Part shown: piece after piece, positions 1 through 9,143 of the stretch | Layout: each line of letters opens with the position of its first letter | Position numbering within the stretch: the first letter of the stretch is position 1 | From: Gaiellaceae bacterium | GTDB lineage: Bacteria; Actinomycetota; Thermoleophilia; Gaiellales; Gaiellaceae | Direction of reading: 5' to 3' | DNA length: 44,395 bases | Assembly (NCBI GenBank): GCA_033858115.1 | Contig: JAWVCV010000110.1 | Span: forward strand, 1 to 44,395 | Notes under the pieces: model-generated | Seen by the model: only the letters and a program-made list of their open reading frames with translations | The model's database searches: none | What the model was told of the DNA's origin: nothing | Translations under genes and position numbers: made by a program

Positions 1-907
1 AGCGCCTCCGGTTGACGACAGCGTCCGCGAGCGACTCGAGCTCCTCGCGGTGGAGCCCGCCGTTCAGGCTTTCGCGGGCTTCTCTAGCGTAGTCGAGGGC
101 AACCTCGCGGGCGCGCTCGAGGGCGCCGGTGGCGGCGACGCGGACGAGGGCGCCCTCGATCGGACCGCCGGCAAGCGCCGCGCGGACGAGCCCGTCCTCG
201 CGCGCGGCGAGCAGGAGCGGCAGCGTCGGTGTCCCCTCGCGCAGGTCGGTGCCCGCGATCTTCCCCGTCTCGATCGTGTCGCCGGAGCAGTCGAGGATGT
301 CGTCCGCGATCTGGAAGGCGATCCCCAGGTTGAGCCCGAAGCGGCCCAGCGCGCCGCCGGATCCGAGCGAGCAGGCGGCCTCGAAGAGCTTGCCGGTCTT
401 CAGCGCGCAGCGCTCCAGGTACGCCTCGACGGACGTGTCCGGATCGTGGCGCTGGCGGCGCTGCATCGCCTCGCCGCGCGCGAGGGAGAGACAGGCGTCT
501 GCGAGGACCGCGACCGGCTGGACGTCGCCGTCGGCGGCGAGCTCGGCGAACGCGCGTGCGAAGAGGTAGTCGCCCGTCGCCCGTGCGGCATCGGAGCCGT
601 GCGCGGCCCACGCCGCGGTCTTCCCGCGGCGCACCGTGGCGCCGTCGATCAGATCGTCGTGGACGAGCGTCGCCATGTGCACGAGCTCGACGGCCACACC
701 CGCCGCGACCGGCGCGGGGCCGGCGGCGGGCGCGCAGAGGAACGCCAGCAGCGGGCGCAGCCGCTTGCCACCGGCGGCGAGCGCATCGGCGCCGACCTCG
801 GCCACGCGGCCGTCGTATGCCGCGACGGCCGCGCCGAGCCGGTCCTCCACCTGCTCCATGTAGCTGTCGAGGCCCGGCAGGAGCCGGACGTCCTCGAGAA
901 TCGTCAC
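1..907 (-). CDS. Polyprenyl diphosphate synthase (long-chain trans-isoprenyl, quinone side-chain type). The C-terminal end runs off the window.
   Basis: Absent from the ORF track because there is no stop in the window. My translation of the minus strand from GTG at 907 gives VTILEDVRLLPGLDSYMEQVE...GGKRLRPLLAFL...LVHDDLIDGATVRRGK (first DDxxD)...GIAFQIADDILDCSGD (second DDxxD)...GKIAGTDLREG. The GTG start overlaps the menG stop as GTGA. Confidence 0.85.
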   Translation of the reverse strand, partial: MTILEDVRLLPGLDSYMEQVEDRLGAAVAAYDGRVAEVGADALAAGGKRLRPLLAFLCAPAAGPAPVAAGVAVELVHMATLVHDDLIDGATVRRGKTAAWAAHGSDAARATGDYLFARAFAELAADGDVQPVAVLADACLSLARGEAMQRRQRHDPDTSVEAYLERCALKTGKLFEAACSLGSGGALGRFGLNLGIAFQIADDILDCSGDTIETGKIAGTDLREGTPTLPLLLAAREDGLVRAALAGGPIEGALVRVAATGALERAREVALDYAREARESLNGGLHREELESLADAVVNRRR

Positions 908-1596
908 CGCGCCACTCCCGTGTGCAGCGCGACGATGCCGCCCGCAAGCCGGCGGTACCCGACCTCGCCGAAGCCCTGCGCGCGCATCAGCGCGGCCAGC
1001 TCGCCCGGGCCGGGGAAGCGGCGCACGCTCGCCGGGAGGTACGTGTAGGCCTTGCCACCTGGAAGGATCTTGCCCGCAAGCGGGATCAAGGCGTCGAACC
1101 AGAGGCGGTAGAAGAGCCGCAGCGGGCCGCGCGGCTTGGTGATCTCGAGGATGCCGACGCGTCCGCCCGGGCGGAGCACGCGTCGCAGCTCGGCGAGCGC
1201 GCCCTCCAGGTCGGCCACGTTGCGGACGCCGAACCCGACGGTCGCGGCGTCGAACGACTCGTCCTCGAATGGCAGCTCGAGCAGGTCACCCTGGACCCAC
1301 TCGACCTCCGCGTCCTTGCGGCGCGCGCGCTCGAGCATCTGCTCGGAGAAATCGAGCCCCACGACGGCTGCGCCCGCCGCCCGGGCTGCGACTGCCAGAT
1401 CCCCCGTGCCGCAGCACGCGTCCAGCACCCGGTCGCCGGGCGAGACCACCTCGCGGACGGTCAGTCGCCGCCAGCGCTGGTCGAGCCCCCCGGTCATGAC
1501 GCGGTTCATCAGGTCGTAGACCGGGGCGATCCGGTCGAACATCGAGCGCACGCCCTCCGCGGGCAGCGTGCCGGATTCGTGGCTCATTGCCCCCAC
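904..1596 (-). CDS. menG: Demethylmenaquinone/ubiquinone C-methyltransferase (UbiE/MenG family)
   Basis: 230-aa ORF with a UbiE-type N-terminus (FDRIAPVYDLMNRVMTGG) and SAM motif VLDACCGTGDL. An alternative ATG at 1587 forms an ATGA overlap with the ubiX stop. Confidence 0.9.
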   Translation of the reverse strand: MGAMSHESGTLPAEGVRSMFDRIAPVYDLMNRVMTGGLDQRWRRLTVREVVSPGDRVLDACCGTGDLAVAARAAGAAVVGLDFSEQMLERARRKDAEVEWVQGDLLELPFEDESFDAATVGFGVRNVADLEGALAELRRVLRPGGRVGILEITKPRGPLRLFYRLWFDALIPLAGKILPGGKAYTYLPASVRRFPGPGELAALMRAQGFGEVGYRRLAGGIVALHTGVAR

Positions 1597-2150
1597 CTCG
1601 AGACGAGCGCGTTGTCGAGCCCGAGCTGGTCGAGGATCCGCGCGACGACGAAGTCGACGAGGTCGTCGATTGTCTCCGCGCCGTGGTAGAAGCCGGGCGC
1701 GGCGAAGAGGATCACGGCGCCCGCCTGCCGGAGCGTGGCGAGCCCGTTCAAGTGGATCAGCGAGAGCGGCGTCTCGCGGGGCACGAGCACGAGCCTGCGG
1801 CCCTCCTTCAGCGCGACCGAGGCCGCCCGGTGGATCAGGTTCGCCATCGCGCCCGCCGCGAGGGTGCCCACCGTCGACATCGAGCAGGGGCAGACGACGT
1901 AGGCGTCGACCTTCGCCGAGCCCGACGCGTAGGGGCTCTTGTAGTCGTTGACGCCGTAGACGGTGACGCCCGCCGCGCCGGCGGTGAGCCGGTCGAGCAC
2001 CTCGTCACGCGGCAGCGTCGCGTCGCCGTAGAGCTCGGTCGCGAGCACTTCGATTCCGGCCGCGGAGGCAGTCAGCCCGACCTCGCAGCCCGACTCCGTG
2101 AGCGCGCGCAGCAGCCGGGCGGCGTACGGCGCGCCCGACGCGCCCGTCAC
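1584..2150 (-). CDS. ubiX: Flavin prenyltransferase UbiX/Pad1 family
   Basis: 188-aa ORF with family-typical MTGASGAPYAARLL, VVCPCSMSTVGTLAAG and LVLVPRETPLS segments. Confidence 0.9.
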   Translation of the reverse strand: MTGASGAPYAARLLRALTESGCEVGLTASAAGIEVLATELYGDATLPRDEVLDRLTAGAAGVTVYGVNDYKSPYASGSAKVDAYVVCPCSMSTVGTLAAGAMANLIHRAASVALKEGRRLVLVPRETPLSLIHLNGLATLRQAGAVILFAAPGFYHGAETIDDLVDFVVARILDQLGLDNALVSRWGQ

Positions 2151-2172
2151 GCCGAGAAAGACGTTCAGTGTC

Positions 2173-2994
2173 TTAGCCCTTCGGACCCTTGGAGGCGTCG
2201 AGGAAGACCGCGATCTGGTGCAGGTTCTCCTCGCCGAGGCTCGCGAACGGGGGCATGGCGGTGTTGCCGAACTCCGCCGGGTTCGCGACGTAGCGCTGGA
2301 AATAGTCGACGCCCTTGTTCGTCGCGCCGATGTCGGACAGGTCGGGGGCGCCGAGGTTGGACGAGCCGGTTCCGAGATACGTGTGGCACTGGAGGCAGCC
2401 GGCGACGGCGAACAGCTTCGCCCCTGCCACGGCCTCCTGGTTTGCGGCGAAGCCCTCCCGCTGCGACCAATCGGGCACCGCGGCGAGGGTCTCCGAGCCG
2501 AGCGACTCCTTCGCGGTCGCGCCCTTGTAGGTCAGCGTCCCCATTGCCAGCACGACGATGATCGCCGAAACGAGTGCGACCGGCCTGCGGCTGAGCCGCC
2601 GCTCGCGTCGGACGTCGATGAACGGGAGCGCGATCAGGATCCCGAGCAGGATGTTCGGCACGCCGACGGTGCCGAGGACGACCGTGTCCGGCCACTTGAA
2701 GACCCGCAGGAGATAGAAGAGGAAGTAGAAGTACCAGTCCGGCCGCGGCACGAAGTTGGTCGTGCCCGGGTCGGCCTCCTCGGTGTAGTACGGCCCGAGC
2801 AGCCCCGCGTCCTCGGAGCCCTCTGCGGTGAAGTACCAGACGCACGTGAGCCCGACGATCACGCTGACGACGACGAGGCTCATCACCGTGTCGTGGAACA
2901 TGGCGTGCGGGAAGAACGGCTTCCCGTTCCGGTCGACGTCCTCCTTGTAGCGCTTGTGCTGCGCGCGGCGCTCGATGATCCTGCGGCTGGCCAT
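2173..2994 (-). CDS. qcrC: Menaquinol-cytochrome c reductase subunit IV fused to a mono-heme cytochrome c (QcrC, Bacillus type)
   Basis: The N-terminal half has the subunit IV / cytochrome b C-terminal motif PRPDWYFYFLFYLL and transmembrane helices. The C-terminal half has the heme c site CLQCH and a Met ligand region NTAMPPF. Confidence 0.85.
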   Translation of the reverse strand: MASRRIIERRAQHKRYKEDVDRNGKPFFPHAMFHDTVMSLVVVSVIVGLTCVWYFTAEGSEDAGLLGPYYTEEADPGTTNFVPRPDWYFYFLFYLLRVFKWPDTVVLGTVGVPNILLGILIALPFIDVRRERRLSRRPVALVSAIIVVLAMGTLTYKGATAKESLGSETLAAVPDWSQREGFAANQEAVAGAKLFAVAGCLQCHTYLGTGSSNLGAPDLSDIGATNKGVDYFQRYVANPAEFGNTAMPPFASLGEENLHQIAVFLDASKGPKG

Positions 2995-3789
2995 CTACTC
3001 CGAGCCCCCACGGCGGCCCGGCCGGACGAGCCCTTCGCGGCCGTTCGTCGGTGCGGCGGCCTCGGGCCGCTCCCGGCCCGCGGCGTCCGGCGACCACGGC
3101 GGCGAGGTGACGCCCAGGCGGATCACGAGGTAAAGATGCAGCCCGATCAGGGCGAAGATCGCGCCGGGGATCGCGAGCATGTGCAAGGCGTAGAACTTGC
3201 TCAGCGTGTCGGCGCCGATCTCGGTGCCGCCCGCTAAGAACTGGGCGAGGAAGGGGCCGATGATGGGCGCGGTGCCGTTGAGGTTGATCCCGACGACGGT
3301 GGCCCAGTAGGCAGTCTGGTCCCACGGCAGCAGGTAGCCCGTGAAGCCCTCGAGCATGCCCATGGCGAGCAGCAGCACGCCGATGATCCAGTTCAGCTCG
3401 CGCGGGTACTTGTAGGCGCCGAAAAGGAACACGCGGGCCATGTGGAAGAACATCAGGATGATGAAGACGCTCGCGCCCCAGCGGTGCATGCCGCGCACGA
3501 GCCAGCCCAGCGTCAGGTCGTTCGTGATGTGCTGGATCGACTCGTAGGCCGAGTTCGGGTCGGGCTTGTAGTACATCGCGAGGATCACGCCCGTGATCGC
3601 CTGGACGAGGAAGGCGGTCAGCGTCGCGGAGCCGAGCGTGTGGAACCAGCCCGTGTCGCGCGGGACCTTGCGGAAGAGGAAGTACTTGACCCCGCCGACG
3701 AGCCCCGAGCGCTCCTCGAGCCACTCGAGCGGGTAGAGCGCGGCAGCCTCGAGCTGCGCGCGCCGGGCTGACTTCGCCTGCGGGCTCAC
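2995..3789 (-). CDS. qcrB: Cytochrome b6-type subunit (QcrB)
   Basis: This is the tail of listed ORF 2995..4026. The in-frame GTG at 3789 overlaps the Rieske stop as GTGA. His pairs are in GMHRWGASVFIILMFFHM and FYALHMLAIPGAIFALIGLHLY, and PWDQ is present. Confidence 0.9.
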   Translation of the reverse strand: MSPQAKSARRAQLEAAALYPLEWLEERSGLVGGVKYFLFRKVPRDTGWFHTLGSATLTAFLVQAITGVILAMYYKPDPNSAYESIQHITNDLTLGWLVRGMHRWGASVFIILMFFHMARVFLFGAYKYPRELNWIIGVLLLAMGMLEGFTGYLLPWDQTAYWATVVGINLNGTAPIIGPFLAQFLAGGTEIGADTLSKFYALHMLAIPGAIFALIGLHLYLVIRLGVTSPPWSPDAAGRERPEAAAPTNGREGLVRPGRRGGSE

Positions 3790-4715
3790 CGCGGCACCTC
3801 GAGCGGGTAGAGCCAGGCTTCGGGGCCGTCGACGTGAACGCCCGGTGGCATGCGGCCGTACTTCTGGATTCGGGCTCGTTCGCCTGTGCCCTCGACCTTG
3901 GCCACGCTGTAGAAGCTGCCGATCACGAGCTTGCCGTTGCGAATCGAGAACTCGGCGCGGTCGAGCGCGCGCACGGGAGGCCCGGCGGTGCGATTGCCCT
4001 CGGTGTCGTACTGGCCTCCGTGGCACGGGCAGCCGAAGCCCGCGGGCTTGGTCGGCGTCAGCTCGACGTGGTCGCCGATCGTCTTCTTCTCGTCGTCGAA
4101 GACCGGCCCGTTCGGCTGCACCGGGCAGCCGAGGTGAGCACAGCGCGAGTAGAGGACCGTGAAGCTCGGCTGACCTTCGAGCTGGCCGTTATTGCGGATG
4201 AACATCGTCCGCCGGCTGACCTCGCCGATCTTGGGGTCCTCCAGGAAGGTCGCGATCACGAAATCGCCCTCCGGAAAGTCCTCGATCGGGCCGAGCTCGA
4301 CGTTCGGCTCGTGCTGGTTCGTGAACGAGGGCAGGACGGCGAAGCCGAGCACCGGCACCGTGATGATCCCGCCGATGACGCCGCCTAGACCGAGCGTGGC
4401 AATCGAGATGAACGTGCTGCGCGGATAGGTGGCGATCTCCTCCTCGCTCATCACCGGCATCGCGTCGCCCTCCGCGGGCGCCGTAGCCTCGGTCGCGCGC
4501 GACGGCCGTGACTCCGGCTCCACCTCGGGCGCGGGCGTGCGCACGGGCCTCGTGACGTCCCGCAGCCAGAGGAAGCCGAAGACGAGCGCGATCCCGAAGC
4601 CGACCACGGCTACGAGGACGCTGATCACGAGCCCGATCAGGATGCATGCGATGCCGGCGGCAAAGCCGATCGGCCAGAGGCTCGGGGCGGGCAGGTGCGG
4701 GCCTTGGTCGCTCAA
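3786..4715 (-). CDS. qcrA: Rieske 2Fe-2S subunit of the menaquinol-cytochrome c reductase (QcrA)
   Basis: Rieske boxes CAHLGCPV and CPCHGGQY are present, with N-terminal transmembrane helices. The start is TTG at 4715. Confidence 0.9.
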   Translation of the reverse strand: MSDQGPHLPAPSLWPIGFAAGIACILIGLVISVLVAVVGFGIALVFGFLWLRDVTRPVRTPAPEVEPESRPSRATEATAPAEGDAMPVMSEEEIATYPRSTFISIATLGLGGVIGGIITVPVLGFAVLPSFTNQHEPNVELGPIEDFPEGDFVIATFLEDPKIGEVSRRTMFIRNNGQLEGQPSFTVLYSRCAHLGCPVQPNGPVFDDEKKTIGDHVELTPTKPAGFGCPCHGGQYDTEGNRTAGPPVRALDRAEFSIRNGKLVIGSFYSVAKVEGTGERARIQKYGRMPPGVHVDGPEAWLYPLEVPR

Positions 4716-4749
4716 GTCAGTGGATTCAATCCCCGCAGGACGTGTGATG

Positions 4750-6255
4750 TCAACGACGTATCAGCTGCCGCAACCCGCGGCGAGAGCCATTCTGTACCAG
4801 GTCGCGGTCGCCGTGCGCCGGTATCCCGTACTCGTTCCACCTTCGGTCGACCAGCGCGCGGACCTCCTCGCTCATCGCGATCTCCTCGGGCCACTCACGC
4901 GTTCCCTCCGCCGAGCCCTTCGCGGTTGCGTCGATCCCGATCTTGCCCCCGAGGAACTGGAGCGTCGGCGCGTGGTCGAGGTGATCGAGCGGCCCCTCGG
5001 CGATGACGACGTCACGCTTGGGGTCGACGTTCGCGCCGACGTAGAAGAAGACCTCCTCGTAGTCGTGCACGTTCACGTGCGCGTCGACGACCACGACCGC
5101 CTTCGAGAGGCTGAGCATCCCGAGGCCCCAGATCGCGTGCATGACCTTGTGCGCGTGGCCGGGAAACGCCTTCTTGATCGAGACGATCACGCAGTTGTGG
5201 AACGCGCCGGCGACCGGCAGGTCGTAGTCGACGATCTCGGGGACGGTCAGCTTGATCGCCGGCAGGAAGATCCGCTCCGTCGCCTTGCCGAGCCAGGCAT
5301 CCTCCTGCGGCGGCTTGCCGACGACGATCGACGGATAGATCGCGTCGCGCCGCATCGTGATCGCCGACAGTCGGAACACCGGAAAGGGCTCCGCCGCGGT
5401 GTAGTAGCCGGTGTGGTCGCCGAACGGCCCCTCGAGCCCGACCTCGCCTTTCTCGATCGTCCCCTCGAGGACGATCTCGGCGTTCGCCGGCACCTCGAGG
5501 TCGACCGTCTTCGCCTGCACCAGCTCGACCGGCTCGCCCTTGAGGAAGCCCGCGAGCATCAGCTCGTCGATGTGCTTCGGGAGCGGCGCACTGGCCGAGT
5601 AGGCGGTGACGGGATCGAGCCCGATCGCGACGGCGACCGGGATCTTGCCGTCCGTGGCGAGATAGTCGGCACGCCCGTCCTTGTGGATCTGCCAGTGCAT
5701 GTAGGTCGAGCGCGCGTCGATCTTCTGCATCCGGTACATGCCGACGTTGCGCACGCCCGTGTGCGGGTCCTTCGTGATCACGGCCGGCAGGGTGATGAAC
5801 GGGGCGGGGTCGCCCGGCCAGCAGCGCTGGATCGGCAGCAGCCCGAGGTCGACGTCGTCGCCCGTCAGCACGACCTCCTGGCAGGCCCCGCGGGAGACGG
5901 TCTTCGGCAGCGAGTCGGCGATCGACTTCAGCTTCTTCAGGCCGCGAACCTTCTCGACGAGCCCCTGCGGCGGCTGCATCTCCAGCACGTCCTCGAGCTT
6001 TGCTCCGATGTCGTCGAGCCGCTCGACGCCGAACGCGAGGCACATCCGCCGCTCGGTGCCGAACTGGTTGATCAGGAGCGGGTGACTGGAGCCCTTCGGC
6101 TGCTCGAACAAGAGCGCGGGCCCGCCGGACTTCACCGTCCGGTCGACGATCTCGGTGATCTCGAGGTCGGGATCGACTTCGGCAGAGACGCGGACGAGCT
6201 CGCCCTCGTCCTCGAGCAGGCGAATCCAGTCGCGTAAGTCGCCGGGCGGGGCCAT
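4750..6255 (-). CDS. ubiD: UbiD-family (prenylated-FMN dependent) decarboxylase, likely a late menaquinone biosynthesis step
   Basis: 501-aa ORF with a UbiD-like N-terminus DLRDWIRLLEDEGELVRVSAEVDPDLEITEI and GGPALLFE. It sits with ubiX, menG and a prenyl synthase. Confidence 0.88.
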   Translation of the reverse strand: MAPPGDLRDWIRLLEDEGELVRVSAEVDPDLEITEIVDRTVKSGGPALLFEQPKGSSHPLLINQFGTERRMCLAFGVERLDDIGAKLEDVLEMQPPQGLVEKVRGLKKLKSIADSLPKTVSRGACQEVVLTGDDVDLGLLPIQRCWPGDPAPFITLPAVITKDPHTGVRNVGMYRMQKIDARSTYMHWQIHKDGRADYLATDGKIPVAVAIGLDPVTAYSASAPLPKHIDELMLAGFLKGEPVELVQAKTVDLEVPANAEIVLEGTIEKGEVGLEGPFGDHTGYYTAAEPFPVFRLSAITMRRDAIYPSIVVGKPPQEDAWLGKATERIFLPAIKLTVPEIVDYDLPVAGAFHNCVIVSIKKAFPGHAHKVMHAIWGLGMLSLSKAVVVVDAHVNVHDYEEVFFYVGANVDPKRDVVIAEGPLDHLDHAPTLQFLGGKIGIDATAKGSAEGTREWPEEIAMSEEVRALVDRRWNEYGIPAHGDRDLVQNGSRRGLRQLIRR

Positions 6256-6276
6256 GCGGTCAGTCTACGGCCGTGC

Positions 6277-6420
6277 TCAGTGGCTGCGGCGACGGTGCCG
6301 CAGCGCGCGGGACGTCTCGCCGAGGGCGATTACGCCGATGAAGATCAGGCCAACGACCAGCATGCCGGTGATCACGTGCTTGCCTTCTTCGGCGGCGTTC
6401 GCGAGGAGCCAGGCGGTCAC
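6277..6420 (-). CDS. Candidate small single-pass membrane protein (47 aa)
   Basis: Not in the ORF track. My translation from GTG 6420 gives (M)TAWLLANAAEEGKHVITGMLVVGLIFIGVIALGETSRALRHRRRSH, then stop at 6277-6279. It has one hydrophobic helix and a basic tail, and it fills the gap between two co-directional genes. The SD is weak (GAGG about 16 nt upstream). Confidence 0.35.
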   Translation of the reverse strand: MTAWLLANAAEEGKHVITGMLVVGLIFIGVIALGETSRALRHRRRSH

Positions 6421-6430
6421 GCCCGTAACG

Positions 6431-6892
6431 TTAACGCCTCACGCGGCCGGCGTGCGCAGCAAGGGCGCGTTCGACACTCGTCGCGTCCGGCTCGGCGCCG
6501 AGCCTGCGGACCGCGCCTACCCAGGCGTCCCCATCGCCTTCGGCCTGCTCGGCTCGCAGATGCGCGCAGGTGGAGATCAGCTCGGCCAGCGCCGCGACTG
6601 CATCGAGCTCGCCGGTGGCGGCGATCCGGACGAGGCCGTGGGCATAGAGGTAGTCGCCGAGCAGGAGCGCCGCCTCGTCGTCGGCGGGCGCGAAGAGGCG
6701 CGGCCAGCCGTAGTGGACGAGGTAGCCCTCGTAGATCGTCTCGAGCCCGAGCGCGAACCGGTCGGGCGCCAGCGGGCCGAAGATCCCCTCGCGCTCGGCG
6801 TCCGCTCGCAGCGCTTCCCCCCAGAGCGGGCTCTCGGCCGCCGCCTCGGCGGCGATCAGGTCGAACAGGTCAGTCGCGGAAGAAGTCGGCAA
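6431..6892 (-). CDS. Hypothetical protein (about 150 aa); start uncertain
   Basis: This is the C-terminal part of listed ORF 6431..7093. The N-terminal Ser/Arg-rich part overlaps hemL and is discounted. The only plausible in-frame starts are TTG 6892 or CTG 6868. The sequence ...ETIYEGYLVHYGWPRLF...LLLGDYLYAHGLVRIA has normal composition. I do not recognise the family. Confidence 0.5.
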   Translation of the reverse strand: MPTSSATDLFDLIAAEAAAESPLWGEALRADAEREGIFGPLAPDRFALGLETIYEGYLVHYGWPRLFAPADDEAALLLGDYLYAHGLVRIAATGELDAVAALAELISTCAHLRAEQAEGDGDAWVGAVRRLGAEPDATSVERALAAHAGRVRR

Positions 6893-8132
6893 CGGCCTCG
6901 ACGGTGCGGTCGATGTCCTCGTCGGAGTGCGCGAGCGAGACGAAGAGGCACTCGAACTGCGACGGCGCGATGTAGAACCCCTGCTCGAGGAGCTGGCGGA
7001 AAAGACCGCCGTAGCGCTCGACGTCGCTCGTCTTCGCGTCCTCGAAGTTGCGGATCCCCTGCTGCGCGAGGAAGAGCGTCGCCATCGCGCCAACCCTGTG
7101 CACGCACCCGAACGGGGCGAGCCCGGCCTCGAGCCGTGCGCCCTTCCGCTCGAGCTCGTCGTAGACGGCGGGGTCGCGGAGGCGCCGCAGCACGGACGTC
7201 CCGGCGGCCGTGGCGAGCGGGTTTCCGGAGAGCGTCCCCGCCTGGTAGACGTCGCCGACGGGAGCGAGACGCTCCATCACGTCGGCGCGGCCGCCGAACG
7301 CCGCCGCGGGCAGGCCGCCGCCGACGATCTTGCCGAGGACGGTCAGGTCGGGCAGGACGCCGTAGCGCTCCTGGGCGCCGCCTCGCGCGACCCGGAACCC
7401 CGTGATCACCTCGTCGAAGACGAGCAGCGCGCCCGAGGCGTCGCAGAGCGCGCGCAGCGCCTCGAGAAAACCGGGCGCCGGCGGGACGACGCCCATGTTC
7501 CCGGCCACGGGCTCGACGATGATCGCCGCGAGTCCCTCGCCGTAGCGCTCGACCGCAGCCGCCGCCGCGTCGACGTCGTTGTACGTCGTCACCACCGTGT
7601 CCGCCGTCGTCCCGGTCGGGACGCCGGGGCTCGCCGGGATGCCGAGCGTCGCGAGGCCGGAGCCCGCGCTTGCCAGCAGCCCGTCGGAGTGGCCGTGGTA
7701 GCAGCCGGAGAACTTGAGCACGCGGTCGCGGCGGGTGAAGCCACGGGCGAGCCGGATCGCGCTCATCGCCGCTTCGGTGCCGGACGAGACTAGCCGCACC
7801 ATCTCCACCGACGGCACCGCGTCGACGATCTCGGCCGCCAGCTCCACCTCGCCCTCGGTGGGCGCGCCGAAGCTCGTGCCGCGCTGCGCCGCCTCCTCGA
7901 TCGCGGTCAGCGTCTCGGGGTCGGCATGGCCGAAGACGAGCGGTCCCCAGCTCATCACCCAGTCGACGTAGCGGTTCCCGTCGACGTCCTCGATCATCGA
8001 GCCCTCGCCGCGCCGCATGAAGACGGGCTCGTCGAGCCCGACCGACCGCATCGCCCGGACGGGAGAGTTGACCCCGCCCGGAATCAGCTTCTCGGCGCGG
8101 CGGGCGAGATCCGACTTCTGCTTCAAAGCCAC
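6870..8132 (-). CDS. hemL: Glutamate-1-semialdehyde 2,1-aminomutase
   Basis: This is the tail of listed ORF 6870..8801. The in-frame GTG at 8132 overlaps the hemB stop (GTGGCTTTGA). The sequence [27 protein letters not shown]...[10 protein letters not shown] is typical HemL. Confidence 0.92.
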   Translation of the reverse strand: MALKQKSDLARRAEKLIPGGVNSPVRAMRSVGLDEPVFMRRGEGSMIEDVDGNRYVDWVMSWGPLVFGHADPETLTAIEEAAQRGTSFGAPTEGEVELAAEIVDAVPSVEMVRLVSSGTEAAMSAIRLARGFTRRDRVLKFSGCYHGHSDGLLASAGSGLATLGIPASPGVPTGTTADTVVTTYNDVDAAAAAVERYGEGLAAIIVEPVAGNMGVVPPAPGFLEALRALCDASGALLVFDEVITGFRVARGGAQERYGVLPDLTVLGKIVGGGLPAAAFGGRADVMERLAPVGDVYQAGTLSGNPLATAAGTSVLRRLRDPAVYDELERKGARLEAGLAPFGCVHRVGAMATLFLAQQGIRNFEDAKTSDVERYGGLFRQLLEQGFYIAPSQFECLFVSLAHSDEDIDRTVEAVADFFRD

Positions 8133-9076
8133 CGCGCGAGGTCCTTCGTCCAGTAGGAGAAGACGAGGTCGGCGCCGGCCCGCTTGATCGCCGTCAGCGA
8201 CTCGAGCGCCGCCTCCCTCTCGTCGAGATGCCCCGCTGCTGCGGCCGCCTTCACCATCGCGTACTCGCCCGAGACGTTGTAGGCCGCGAGTGGGCAGTCG
8301 AAGCGCTCGCGCACGGCGCGGATGACGTCGAGGTAGGGCAGCGCCGGCTTCACCATCAGGACGTCTGCCCCTTCGGCGAGATCCAGCTCGCATTCGCGCA
8401 GCGCCTCGCGGACGTTGGCGGGATCCAGCTGGTAGCCGCGCCGGTCGCCGAAGGAGGGAGCGGAATCGGCGACGTCCCGGAACGGGCCGTAGAAGGCGGA
8501 GGCGTACTTCGCGGCGTAGGCGACGATCGGCGTCTCCGGCAGCACCTCGCGGATCGCGCCGACGCGCCCGTCCATCATGTCGCTCGGCGCGACGGCGTCC
8601 GCGCCCGCCTCGACGAGGCTCACAGCCGTGCGCGCGAGCAACTCGAGCGTCTCGTCGTTGGCGACCTCGCCGTCGCGGATCACCCCGCAGTGCCCGTGCG
8701 ACGTGTACTCGCAGAGGCAGACGTCCGTGACGAGGACGAGCTCCGGCTGCTCTTCGCGGAGCGCCCGCAGGGACTGCTGGACGATCCCGTCCTCGATCCA
8801 CGCGCCCGAGCCCTCGTCGTCCTTCTCGCCCTCACCCGGCACGCCGAAGAGCAGGATCGCCTTGACGCCGAGCCCGGCGAGCTCCGCCGCCTCGGCCACG
8901 AGGTCCTCGACCGCGAAGCGGCTCATGGCCGGAAGCTGCTCGTTCCGAATCGTCGACGGGCCGGCGAAGAGCGGCATCACGAAGTCGTCCAGGTCGAGGC
9001 GCGTCTCGCGGACGAGGCCGCGCAAAGCGTCGGTGCGCCGCAGCCGGCGCAGGCGGGTGGCGGGGAAAGCGCTCAT
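8123..9076 (-). CDS. hemB: Porphobilinogen synthase (delta-aminolevulinate dehydratase), Cys-rich Zn type
   Basis: 317-aa ORF with [31 protein letters not shown] (Zn site) and [10 protein letters not shown]. Confidence 0.92.
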   Translation of the reverse strand: MSAFPATRLRRLRRTDALRGLVRETRLDLDDFVMPLFAGPSTIRNEQLPAMSRFAVEDLVAEAAELAGLGVKAILLFGVPGEGEKDDEGSGAWIEDGIVQQSLRALREEQPELVLVTDVCLCEYTSHGHCGVIRDGEVANDETLELLARTAVSLVEAGADAVAPSDMMDGRVGAIREVLPETPIVAYAAKYASAFYGPFRDVADSAPSFGDRRGYQLDPANVREALRECELDLAEGADVLMVKPALPYLDVIRAVRERFDCPLAAYNVSGEYAMVKAAAAAGHLDEREAALESLTAIKRAGADLVFSYWTKDLARWL

Positions 9077-9143
9077 CGGGCCAAGGTTACGTCAGGAGGG
9101 GGCCGCTCCACCGCTGCGGTGGAAGGTTTCCGGAGGGTCGGCT

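Noticed and set aside
4722-4732. GGATTCAATCC palindrome just upstream of the qcrA TTG start
   Set aside because: It is only 11 bp with 5-bp arms and has no second copy or known motif match. That is insufficient to call a regulatory site.
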